A DNA stretch of 64,000 nucleotides from assembly GCA_030641715.1 (NCBI GenBank), contig DAOWGX010000015.1, positions 560 to 64,559 of the forward strand, written 5' to 3'. The translations under genes were made by a program, and so were the position numbers. Source of the stretch: Nanobdellota archaeon. Lineage in GTDB: Archaea; Nanobdellota; Nanobdellia; Pacearchaeales; GW2011-AR1. Every line of letters starts with the position of its first letter. The stretch's first letter is position 1. The notes beneath the pieces were generated by a model. The model saw nothing but the letters and a program-made list of their open reading frames with translations, was not told the origin of the DNA and searched no databases. Below, piece by piece: positions 26,675-35,455 of the stretch.

Positions 26675-27220
26675 ATGATGCCAAAACATAAAATGAGCAA
26701 ACGGACGTTGAAGCGGAGAAGAAGGGAAAATCGGACAGATTATAAGACAAGACGAATCTTGTTGACGTCGGGAATTCCAAGAATAGTTGTGCGAAGAACC
26801 AATAAATACTTCATCCTTCAGGCCGTTGAAAGTAAAGAGGCACAAGACAAAGTTACTGCAACAGTTACATCTAAAGAACTTTTAAAAAATGGATGGAATG
26901 CCAAAATGGGTGGAAGTCTAAAGTCGATTCCTGCAGGATATCTAACAGGTTTACTTTTAGTTAAGAAACTTAAGGGCAAAAAATATATTGTAGATTTAGG
27001 GATGGCTCGAACAATTGCAGGCTCGAGAGTGTTCGCAGTCGTTAAAGGTTTGGTCGACGGTGGTTTGAATATTTCAGCAAATGAAATAGTTTTTCCATCA
27101 GAAGAAAGATTAAATGGAGAACACTTGAAAAGCGAATTAAAAAGCATGATTGCAAAAATTCGTCAGAATATATCCTCGCCAAAAGATGTAAAGAAGGAGT
27201 TAAAACAAAATGACAACTAA
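26675..27220 (+). CDS. rpl18: 50S ribosomal protein L18
   Basis: KRRRRENRTDYKTR...PRIVVRRTNKY...IPAGYLTG...RLNGEH. Confidence 0.96.
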   Translation: MMPKHKMSKRTLKRRRRENRTDYKTRRILLTSGIPRIVVRRTNKYFILQAVESKEAQDKVTATVTSKELLKNGWNAKMGGSLKSIPAGYLTGLLLVKKLKGKKYIVDLGMARTIAGSRVFAVVKGLVDGGLNISANEIVFPSEERLNGEHLKSELKSMIAKIRQNISSPKDVKKELKQNDN

Positions 27221-28061
27221 AGACGAAGTAAAAATCAAAGCAAAAGAATTGACTCCTGAAGAACAATTGAAGAGTATGACTGAAAAAGTGGACGCAAAAG
27301 AGAAGATTAAAGAAGACGCTGTCTCGAAAGAAGCGGATGAAACGTTTAAAGTCGAAGAAGGTCGTAGCAAGTTTAAGAGAGAAGATTGGAAAGACAGGTT
27401 TGCCCGTGAAGCTCGGGAGAAATTAGATAATTGGGTTCCTAGGACGCAGTTAGGCAGGGATGTTCGTGCTGGAAAGATTGAAAACATTGACGAAATTTTT
27501 GCTGAAGGTCGGAAGATTATGGAGCCCGAGATTGTAGATTTGTTAATTAAAGATTTGAAGACAGATAGTTTATTTATCGGTCAGGCAAAAGGAAAATTTG
27601 GTGGCGGGAAGAGGAGAGCATTTAGGCAGACTCAGAAGAAAACAAAAGAAGGTAATGTTTTGACTTTTGGTGTTATGGCTGTAGTCGGCGACGGACATGG
27701 ACACGTCGGACTTGGATACGGTCGAGCTTCCGAAACGCTGCCTGCAAAAGAAAAAGCATTTAGAAATGCCAAATTGAATATTGTTAAAATCCCTCGAGGC
27801 TGTGCGAGTTATGATTGTTCATGTGACGAAGAACATAGCATCCCCAATATTGTCGAGGGAAAATGTTCCTCCGTTAGTGTCAAGTTGATGCCAGCTCCAC
27901 AGGGAACTGGTTTGGTAATTGGAGATGAAATGAAAAAGATTTTAGGGGCTGCAGGGATAAAGGACATTTATAGCAAATGTTTGGGAAACACTAAAACGAC
28001 ATTTAATACTGCGAAGGCATGCATGAAGGCATTGAATAAATTGGGAGATATAAAATTATGA
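27210..28061 (+). CDS. rps5: 30S ribosomal protein S5
   Basis: WVPRTQLGR...VVGDGHGHVGLG...PAPQGTGLV. Confidence 0.97.
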   Translation: MTTKDEVKIKAKELTPEEQLKSMTEKVDAKEKIKEDAVSKEADETFKVEEGRSKFKREDWKDRFAREAREKLDNWVPRTQLGRDVRAGKIENIDEIFAEGRKIMEPEIVDLLIKDLKTDSLFIGQAKGKFGGGKRRAFRQTQKKTKEGNVLTFGVMAVVGDGHGHVGLGYGRASETLPAKEKAFRNAKLNIVKIPRGCASYDCSCDEEHSIPNIVEGKCSSVSVKLMPAPQGTGLVIGDEMKKILGAAGIKDIYSKCLGNTKTTFNTAKACMKALNKLGDIKL

Positions 28062-28399
28062 TATTGGTTTTGAGAATTGTGGGGCAAGTTAAGAATAAAA
28101 AGAAAGATAATGAAACTTTGAAGAGATTGAAATTGAACAAGAAGTTTACATGTATTCTAATTAAAGATGATGACACTGTGAGAGTTGGAATGGTAGAAGC
28201 TGTTGCTCACATAGTTGCTTATGGAAAAGTTGATGACGCATTTATCAAAGAATTGAAATCAGCAAGGAAAGATAAAGAAGGAATTTATTTTTTACATCCG
28301 CCACGAGGAGGATTTAAGAAAAGTTCGAAAGTTGCAACACCAAAAGGAATTCTAGGCGAGCATGAAGATATTGTTAAATTAGTTGGGAGAATGTTATGA
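28058..28399 (+). CDS. rpl30: 50S ribosomal protein L30 (short form)
   Basis: ETLKRLKL...VAYG...FLHPPRGGFK...LVGRML. Confidence 0.93.
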   Translation: MILVLRIVGQVKNKKKDNETLKRLKLNKKFTCILIKDDDTVRVGMVEAVAHIVAYGKVDDAFIKELKSARKDKEGIYFLHPPRGGFKKSSKVATPKGILGEHEDIVKLVGRML

Positions 28400-28836
28400 A
28401 GACGCACAAGAGAAAAAAGAACTCTAGAATTCGAGGAGCACGAACTGTTGGATGGGGATTCCGGCAAAAGCATAAAGGTCATGGTAACAAAGGTGGGTTC
28501 GGTAAAGCAGGAACAGGGAAGAGGGGAGACCATAAAAAGCAAGTGGCTAGAGATTCAGATGAGAAGAAAAAGTATTTCGGAAAACAAGGAGCGACGTCGA
28601 GGAGAACGGAAAGAGTAAGACGTGAGAATATTAATTTGAGAGATATTAAAAATAATTTTTTCAAGAAAGACGGAGATAAAATTGATTTTTCCAAACACAA
28701 AATTCTCGGAACAGGTGAAGGATTTAAAGCAGAGATTAAAGCCTTGAGTGCATCTGCTTCGGCGATTGAGAAGATGGAAAAAGCTGGTGGGAAGATTGTT
28801 TTGCCAGTTAAAAAAGAGAATAATAAGCTTAAATAA
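28396..28836 (+). CDS. rpl15: 50S ribosomal protein L15
   Basis: RGARTVGWG...GNKGGFGKAG...KILGTG...SAIEKMEKAGG. Confidence 0.96.
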   Translation: MKTHKRKKNSRIRGARTVGWGFRQKHKGHGNKGGFGKAGTGKRGDHKKQVARDSDEKKKYFGKQGATSRRTERVRRENINLRDIKNNFFKKDGDKIDFSKHKILGTGEGFKAEIKALSASASAIEKMEKAGGKIVLPVKKENNKLK

Positions 28837-28914
28837 AGTTACGAGTTCTATTATAAATTATCTTATTACTCTAACAATTAAATATATAAAATCGTTTATG
28901 TTTAATTTAACATT

Positions 28915-29394
28915 ATGAATATAAGAGAAGAATTTATGATGAAAGCTATTGAGGCAGCGAAAGAATCTGCAAAAAAAGGAGATTATGCTATTGGAGCCGT
29001 AGTTGTAAAAGATGATGAAGTTATCTCAGTAGGATATGAAACTTTAAAATCTGATAAGGATCCTGTGAATGGCCATGCGGAAATTGATGCCATTCGGAAA
29101 GCGTGCAAAAAATTAAATCAACCATATCTTGAAAATTGTGTTTTATATTCTACTCATGAACCATGTCCAATGTGTGCTTCTGCTTCAGTTTGGGCAAAGA
29201 TAGATACTATTGTTTTTGGAGTTTCTAGAGAAGATATGATTAAAGAAATGAAGAAAAAGTCAAGTGGAAAATTTTCTTGGAGACAAATTGACATTTCTTG
29301 TAAAGAGGTATTAGACAGAGGAATGCCCAAAATAAAATTGGTTTCAGGATTATTAAGAGATGAATGCCTGAAACTTTTTGATTTATCAAGTTAA
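28915..29394 (+). CDS. Zinc-dependent nucleoside/nucleobase deaminase (TadA/GuaD-like)
   Basis: HAEIDAIR and EPCPMC motifs; own TATATAAA box upstream. Confidence 0.92.
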   Translation: MNIREEFMMKAIEAAKESAKKGDYAIGAVVVKDDEVISVGYETLKSDKDPVNGHAEIDAIRKACKKLNQPYLENCVLYSTHEPCPMCASASVWAKIDTIVFGVSREDMIKEMKKKSSGKFSWRQIDISCKEVLDRGMPKIKLVSGLLRDECLKLFDLSS

Positions 29395-29551
29395 GGTCAG
29401 AACAACAATTTCATTTGATGAATAAACCTACAAAACTTTAAAAACCAAAATCCCTCTTCATAAAATATGATAAATAAAATATCAGGGGCAGCAGATTAGA
29501 TTGTGAAGTGAGTCGTTGCTCACTTGCTCAAAGATCTAAGGATTTTTTCGT

Positions 29552-30919
29552 ATGGGACTCCGAGAGTTGTTACACAATCTGCCTGAAGTCAGAGGACCGA
29601 CGCAGAAGAAAGTTAGTTTCAACATCAAACTCAAGTGGACACTCGTAATCCTCGTCGCGTTTTTCATCCTCGCCAACATCCCCCTGTTCGGAATCGCCGA
29701 GGGTTCGCTTTCTCGATTCGAGTATCTAGCGATTTTACTTGGAACTTCATTCGGCTCGATTATCTCCCTCGGTATCGGTCCTATCGTTATGGCTTCAATC
29801 ATCTTGCAGTTGCTTAGTGGTGCGCAGATTCTGAACATTGATCAAACTACTACTGAAGGTAAAAAGTTTTATCAGGCTATGCAAAAAGTTTTAGTCTTCT
29901 CATTCGTAATTTTCGAGGCATTAGTCTACGTTTTAATGAAAGGTATACAAGCCGATCCAGGATTCACAGGACTTGTAATCTTACAATTATGTCTCGGTGG
30001 TTTTTTAATCGTTTTTATGGATGAGGTTATCCAGAAATGGGGCTTCGGAAGTGGAGTTTCGTTGTTTATCGCGGCAGGTATCGGTTGGAGATTGTTTACC
30101 CAACTATTCCAATTCATAGGAACGCAGGGAACTTTCGAAGCATCGGGAAAAGTTTGGGCATTGATATCGTCGGTAATTGTTGGTGACGGTGCAGGTGCTG
30201 CCTGGGCTATTTTTCCAATCATTGTTACCGTGCTCTTATTCCTGGCGGTCGTTTTCGCCCAAAGTTTAAAAGTTGAGATTCCCTTAGCGTTTGATAGAAT
30301 TCGAGGACATTCTGTTAAATGGCCATTACAATTCTTTTATGTCGGAGTTATCCCAGTAATTCTAGTTTCAGCCTTAGCAGCTAATCTTCAGCTATTCGCG
30401 TCGCTGTTACAGAACTGGCTAGGTCACGCAACATTCCTCGGAGGGTTCGGTTCCAACGGCGTTCCAGTCTCAGGCCTATCCTACTGGATTCATTCCACTC
30501 CACTTTTAGAAACCATAATCAAAGGTAGCTTCAGATGGATTTACGCACTTCAAGCGACAGGTCACGTTTTATTTTACACAGTTTTCTCCGTCTTATTCGC
30601 ATTCTTCTGGGTTAGCACTTCAGGTCAGGATGCCCAAAGTCAGGCGAAGAAAATCATGAGTTCCGGAATGAATATGCCCGGATTTAGAAAAGACGAACGA
30701 GTTCTGGAATCAATCTTGAAAAGATATGTCACCCCCTTGACAGTTATGGGTGGTGCAGCAATCGGTATATTAGCGTCGGTCGCGAACTTATTCGGTGCCT
30801 TAGTGGGCGGAACCGCAATCCTTTTAGCAGTCATGATTCTTTACCAGTTATATCAAAACATCGCACAACAACACGCGGTGGACATGAACCCTGCATTGAA
30901 AGGATTTTTCGGAGCATAA
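29552..30919 (+). CDS. secY: Preprotein translocase subunit SecY
   Basis: LGIGPIVMASIILQLL, KWGFGSGVSLFIAAG, PGFRKD, GGTAILLAV. Confidence 0.98.
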   Translation: MGLRELLHNLPEVRGPTQKKVSFNIKLKWTLVILVAFFILANIPLFGIAEGSLSRFEYLAILLGTSFGSIISLGIGPIVMASIILQLLSGAQILNIDQTTTEGKKFYQAMQKVLVFSFVIFEALVYVLMKGIQADPGFTGLVILQLCLGGFLIVFMDEVIQKWGFGSGVSLFIAAGIGWRLFTQLFQFIGTQGTFEASGKVWALISSVIVGDGAGAAWAIFPIIVTVLLFLAVVFAQSLKVEIPLAFDRIRGHSVKWPLQFFYVGVIPVILVSALAANLQLFASLLQNWLGHATFLGGFGSNGVPVSGLSYWIHSTPLLETIIKGSFRWIYALQATGHVLFYTVFSVLFAFFWVSTSGQDAQSQAKKIMSSGMNMPGFRKDERVLESILKRYVTPLTVMGGAAIGILASVANLFGALVGGTAILLAVMILYQLYQNIAQQHAVDMNPALKGFFGA

Positions 30920-30949
30920 ATTTAAAAAGAAAAATTGAGGATATATAAT

Positions 30950-31354
30950 ATGACATTAACAGAGATGGTGAACCAGTATCCATATATTTCTTTAGCAGTG
31001 ATTTCGTTTTTGGTTACTATATTTTCAACTCTTGCTCAGAAATGGTTAACGAATCAGGAGCATATGAAAAGTTTAAAGACGCGGCAGAAGGAAATTCAGA
31101 AAGAGTTGAAAGGATGTAAAGAAGAACATCTACTAAAAGAGTTGAATCTTGAGATGATGAATCTGACAGGCATTATGATGAAGGCTTCAATGAAACCTAT
31201 GTTTGTAACGATTATTCCATTCTTAATTTTATTTAATTGGTTGAAAGGAACGTACGGCGGGGAAGAACCTCTGATTGCAAGTTGGATTTGGTATTACCTA
31301 GGATTCAGCATAGCCTCTTCGATGGCATTAAGAAAAGTTTTGAAAGTCCACTAA
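30950..31354 (+). CDS. DUF106 / EMC3-TMCO1 (Oxa1 superfamily) membrane protein
   Basis: Position after secY; TM, coiled coil, MKPMFVTIIP...WIWYYL..S..LRK. Confidence 0.88.
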   Translation: MTLTEMVNQYPYISLAVISFLVTIFSTLAQKWLTNQEHMKSLKTRQKEIQKELKGCKEEHLLKELNLEMMNLTGIMMKASMKPMFVTIIPFLILFNWLKGTYGGEEPLIASWIWYYLGFSIASSMALRKVLKVH

Positions 31355-32172
31355 ATCTTTTTTAATTTTTCCCTTGCCCTCTTTACAAAACTCTCAGAGC
31401 TCAAAACTCCGAACTCACTAACAACTCCCGACAACATTTTTAATTTCGTCTTGTCAAAAGCAGGATTAATAACCTCTATCCCCTCATCGCGTTCATCCCA
31501 AACCTCCCGCGAAGAACGCCTTTCTATCCTGATCTTCTTCGTGAATTTCAACGATACCCCGCAAGAGTACCTCGGAATTTTATGAAACTTCGCCAACTTC
31601 ACTAACGTGCTCGTCCCAATTTTATTCGCCACTTCAGTTTTCGTAAAAGCATCAGCACCGAATAAAAAGACATCACATTTTTTTAAAGATTGTTCCGCAG
31701 CGAGGTCAGGAGCGATGATTACTTTAATATTCGCTTTCGCTAAATCTTTTGCAGTAGTCCGTCCTTGAAGCAACGGTTCGACCTCAGTCGTATAGACTAC
31801 AAATTTTTTCTTCTGTTTCTTCCTCGCATACTTCAAAATATCGATTACCGTCGAGGAATGGCAATGCGTATAAACATTCATATCATTTTTAATCAACTTC
31901 GCCCCACACTTTGCAATTTTTTCGTGAGATTTTTTCAAATCTTTAAGGAATTTTTTCGCAGTTAAACTTGGTAGTTTCGATTTAAGCAAGGTCTTTATCG
32001 CGTTTTGCATCAGAGGTTCGGTAGGTCTTGTTTTGAAAATTTTCTTCGCGGACTTCCTAGTAGGTTCCAATAAAAAAGCCCTAATTCCCGCCCTCGCAAT
32101 ATTTTCCGCACCCTGAATCTTTACAGACACTATATCTGAGAGTATTTTATCTAAATTTTCACCTCTTTTCAT
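31351..32172 (-). CDS. Ribose-1,5-bisphosphate isomerase (eIF-2B alpha/beta/delta family)
   Basis: VKIQGAENIA, TRPTEPLMQN, THCHSSTV, GADA...NKIGT, NPAFD; start ATG 32172. Confidence 0.88.
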   Translation of the reverse strand: MKRGENLDKILSDIVSVKIQGAENIARAGIRAFLLEPTRKSAKKIFKTRPTEPLMQNAIKTLLKSKLPSLTAKKFLKDLKKSHEKIAKCGAKLIKNDMNVYTHCHSSTVIDILKYARKKQKKKFVVYTTEVEPLLQGRTTAKDLAKANIKVIIAPDLAAEQSLKKCDVFLFGADAFTKTEVANKIGTSTLVKLAKFHKIPRYSCGVSLKFTKKIRIERRSSREVWDERDEGIEVINPAFDKTKLKMLSGVVSEFGVLSSESFVKRAREKLKKI

Positions 32173-32304
32173 AAAACTAGCAATAGATTTAAGTATAAAA
32201 GTTTGTCGAATATTATATAAACTAAAATTGTTTAAAAAAACTGATGATAGAAATGTTGAAGTACCAAGGGTTTGGTTCATGGAGCAACTCAACAGGAGAC
32301 GAAA

Positions 32305-33162
32305 ATGATTGAGATGCTGATGAAACCGAAGAAGGCAGAGAGGCATCCTTGGGAAATGTTTTTCGTCGGGTTGCTTTATGCTTCAGTTTCGTTCGGTTTA
32401 GTTTCGTTCATTTTTAATAAAGACTCCGTTTTAGGAGAAGGCTCCGGACTTCTGATGGTGATTTTTACCGTGATGTGTTGCCTACCTTTCATGTATTATA
32501 TTATTAAACTTGAAGAGGGAAAAGATATTGAGATTGATGATTCAGGGAGGCTGATTAAAGAACATTCTAAAGCACTCTATGCTCTAATGTGGATGTTCCT
32601 AGGATTCGTCGTCGCGTTTTCAGTGTGGTATGTCGTGCTTCCGGATTCAGCTGGACAGAATTTCAATTTCCAGATAAAAACCTTTTGTGCAATTAATAGC
32701 CCCTTGCATTATTCAAAATGTGTCGAGCATCACGGTGTACCCTTCGCGACCGGAGCAGTTACCGGGATGTATAATTTCTTCGCAATTTTTTCAAATAATA
32801 TCTATGTTCTAATTTTCACCATTTTGTTCTCACTAGCCTTCGGTGCCGGAGCGATATTCATCCTTGTGTGGAACGCGTCGGTAATAGGTGCAGCGATTGG
32901 AATTTTTGCGAAAGGAAGTCTTTCTAATTTGCCTGGAGGGTTATTAAGATATATGGTTCATGGAATCCCTGAAATTAGCGCTTATTTTGTAGGTGCTTTG
33001 GCTGGAGGGATTATCTCCGTTGCAGTTATCCGTAAAGATTTACAAGGGGAACGAACTTGGAAAATTTTGCAAGACTCCTTACTATTGGTAATTATCGCGA
33101 TTGGGATTCTGGTCGTGGCTGCGTTGATGGAAATTTATCTTACACCTGTTTTGTTTTACTAG
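32305..33162 (+). CDS. Stage II sporulation protein M (SpoIIM/DUF95) family membrane protein
   Basis: IFSNN...LVWNASVIG...HGIPEISAY...AALME. Confidence 0.87.
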   Translation: MIEMLMKPKKAERHPWEMFFVGLLYASVSFGLVSFIFNKDSVLGEGSGLLMVIFTVMCCLPFMYYIIKLEEGKDIEIDDSGRLIKEHSKALYALMWMFLGFVVAFSVWYVVLPDSAGQNFNFQIKTFCAINSPLHYSKCVEHHGVPFATGAVTGMYNFFAIFSNNIYVLIFTILFSLAFGAGAIFILVWNASVIGAAIGIFAKGSLSNLPGGLLRYMVHGIPEISAYFVGALAGGIISVAVIRKDLQGERTWKILQDSLLLVIIAIGILVVAALMEIYLTPVLFY

Positions 33163-33196
33163 ATATATTTTTAAGCAATAAATTACAAGTTAAACC

Positions 33197-34189
33197 ATGA
33201 TATACCCCCCACTAATCTCCATGCTAATCAGCTTCTTCCTTTCCATAACGATTTTACCTCACTGGATTCATAAATGCAAAAAAGCCGGATTAGTATGGGA
33301 AGACATGAACAAATTCGGTCACCCTAAAAACGTCGCCTCGTCAGGAGGAATTTGCGTAGTCATGGCATTCGTCCTCGGAGTTTTGTTTTACGTCGCCCTA
33401 AAGACTTTCGTTTTTGGAGGGACTGTTAGAGCATTAGAAATTTTCTCCCTCCTAAGCGTCATACTCATATTAGGAATCGTCGGACTTACGGATGATCTAT
33501 TAGGATGGAAACATCAAGGACTTTCAATTCGGTTAAGATTAGTTCTTGCATTTGTAGCATCAATTCCTTTAGTGGTGATTAATGCAGGAACCCATGTAAT
33601 GAATTTGCCTTTTGTCGGCGTAGTTAACTTCGGAATTCTATACCCTTTAGTTCTAATCCCTCTGGGAATCGCAGGTGCGACGACATCATATAATTTTTTA
33701 GCAGGATTCAACGGGCTCGAAGCAGGACAGGGAATTCTAATCCTCAGTTTTCTATCTTACGTCGCATACGTTACAGGCTCACCTTGGCTCGCAATCGTCG
33801 GACTTTGCATGGTCGCCTCCCTAATCGGTTTTTATTTCTATAACAAATTCCCCGCGAGTGTTTTCCCTGGAGACATCATGACCTATGCCGTCGGAGCTTT
33901 GATTGCAGGAATGGCGATTTTAGGGAACTTCGAAAAAATTGCTATCGTGATCTTTATTCCATACATCCTAGAGATTATTTTAAAATTACGTGGCGGACTA
34001 AAGAAGCATTCATTCGGAGTTCCTAACAAAAATGGAAATTTAAAAATGCCTCACAAGAAAATTTATGGACTTGAGCATTTAGCGATTAAAATTTTGAATA
34101 AATCTGGACAAGCAACAGAGAGAAAAGTTACTTATATGATTCACGCATTTCAGATATTATTTATTCTAATCGCATTTTTGATGTTGTGA
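33197..34189 (+). CDS. UDP-GlcNAc:polyprenol-phosphate GlcNAc-1-phosphate transferase (GPT / AglH-like, MraY family)
   Basis: EDMNK, GLTDDLLG, NFLAGFNGLEAG, FPASVFPGD. Confidence 0.92.
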   Translation: MIYPPLISMLISFFLSITILPHWIHKCKKAGLVWEDMNKFGHPKNVASSGGICVVMAFVLGVLFYVALKTFVFGGTVRALEIFSLLSVILILGIVGLTDDLLGWKHQGLSIRLRLVLAFVASIPLVVINAGTHVMNLPFVGVVNFGILYPLVLIPLGIAGATTSYNFLAGFNGLEAGQGILILSFLSYVAYVTGSPWLAIVGLCMVASLIGFYFYNKFPASVFPGDIMTYAVGALIAGMAILGNFEKIAIVIFIPYILEIILKLRGGLKKHSFGVPNKNGNLKMPHKKIYGLEHLAIKILNKSGQATERKVTYMIHAFQILFILIAFLML

Positions 34190-34223
34190 AAATGTTTTTA
34201 AACAGAAAAAAATTAGAAACAAT

Positions 34224-35240
34224 ATGGGAAAAAATATCTTGAAGTATTTAGGGAAAATTAGAGGTACACGACTGGGGCAACAGATAGCAAGAGGAATTCT
34301 TTCTACAAAAATAATTGTCAATAGCCCATTATATAAAAAACTCTACAATAAAAAAATTGAATCCGTTATGTCGGCGAGAGAGAAAGTGTTACCTCGAAGT
34401 CTTGAAATCGGAATTACGAATGCGTGTAATGCCAACTGCATCATGTGCCCCCATCATAAATTGGAAAAAATAGGATTCATGGATATGAAACTTTACAAAA
34501 AAATTATCGACGATGCCAGCTCCTCAGGCATTGGTGGCGTAGGACTTTCTTTTTTTGGAGAAGCATTTCTGGATAAGAATTTAATCGAGCGAATAAAATA
34601 TGCAAAATCCAAAGGACTCGGAGTTTCCTTTTTTACAAATGGATCCTTAATGAATAAAGAAAAAGCAGAAGAGATAATTAAAGCAGGACTAGATTCTATG
34701 GTGATTAGCTTGGATTCAATAAAAAAAGAAACTTACGAAAAAATAAGAAGAAACTTAAAATTTGAAGATACAAAAAATAATATTTTAGGATTAATCAAAT
34801 TGAAGGAGAAATTGAAGAAAAACAATCCTAAAATTAATCTCGTTTTTGTTTTAATGGATGAAAACGCGTCGGAATTGAAAGAATATTACAAGGAATGGAG
34901 AAGCAAGGTCAATAGTATTAATGTTATCAACATGAGAAACTGGTCTGGAGAAGTGAACAATAAGACAGAAAAAAGCATTCATTTCAAAAAAGGACTAGAA
35001 AGGACCCCTTGCGGGTTGTTGTGGCAACAATTTAATATCGACTGGGACGGGAAAGTTGTAATTTGTTGTAACGATTGGGGGCACAATGTTGTTTTAGGAG
35101 ATATGAATAAAGAAAGCATAAGCGATGTATGGTTCGGGAAGAAACTAAAAGCTATTCGAGAGGTGCACAAGAGAAGGGAATTTTATAAAATACCATTTTG
35201 TGCAAAGTGCAATAAAAAGACCATCTGGTGGCAGATGTAA
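34224..35240 (+). CDS. Radical SAM protein with SPASM/twitch domain
   Basis: CNANCIMC; C-terminal PC..LW...DGKVVICCND...FCAKC. Confidence 0.93.
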   Translation: MGKNILKYLGKIRGTRLGQQIARGILSTKIIVNSPLYKKLYNKKIESVMSAREKVLPRSLEIGITNACNANCIMCPHHKLEKIGFMDMKLYKKIIDDASSSGIGGVGLSFFGEAFLDKNLIERIKYAKSKGLGVSFFTNGSLMNKEKAEEIIKAGLDSMVISLDSIKKETYEKIRRNLKFEDTKNNILGLIKLKEKLKKNNPKINLVFVLMDENASELKEYYKEWRSKVNSINVINMRNWSGEVNNKTEKSIHFKKGLERTPCGLLWQQFNIDWDGKVVICCNDWGHNVVLGDMNKESISDVWFGKKLKAIREVHKRREFYKIPFCAKCNKKTIWWQM

Positions 35241-35455
35241 GATGATTCATTAAAGCTAATAAATTATTAGATTTATCTTAAGGTTTAAAAAATATGAGAA
35301 TTTATATAAAAAAGTTTTAGCAGGAGATGTCCCGCGTGAAAAAATAATCGAACGAATGGAATTCGCCGACGAATACAACGTTGCTTCTAAGTCAGCTCAA
35401 AAAAGTTACAAATGTTAATAGTGAAGTTTTTAAATAACAAGAGTTATAAATTTCT

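Noticed and set aside
31351..32172. Translation factor aIF-2B
   Set aside because: RPTEP and THCHSS motifs plus AMP phosphorylase in the window favour R15P isomerase.
35263..35418. Start-less reading frame (...LYKKVLAGDVPREKIIERMEFADEYNVASK...) before aglB
   Set aside because: Protein-like but no usable start and no recognisable family; possibly a remnant, too weak to call.
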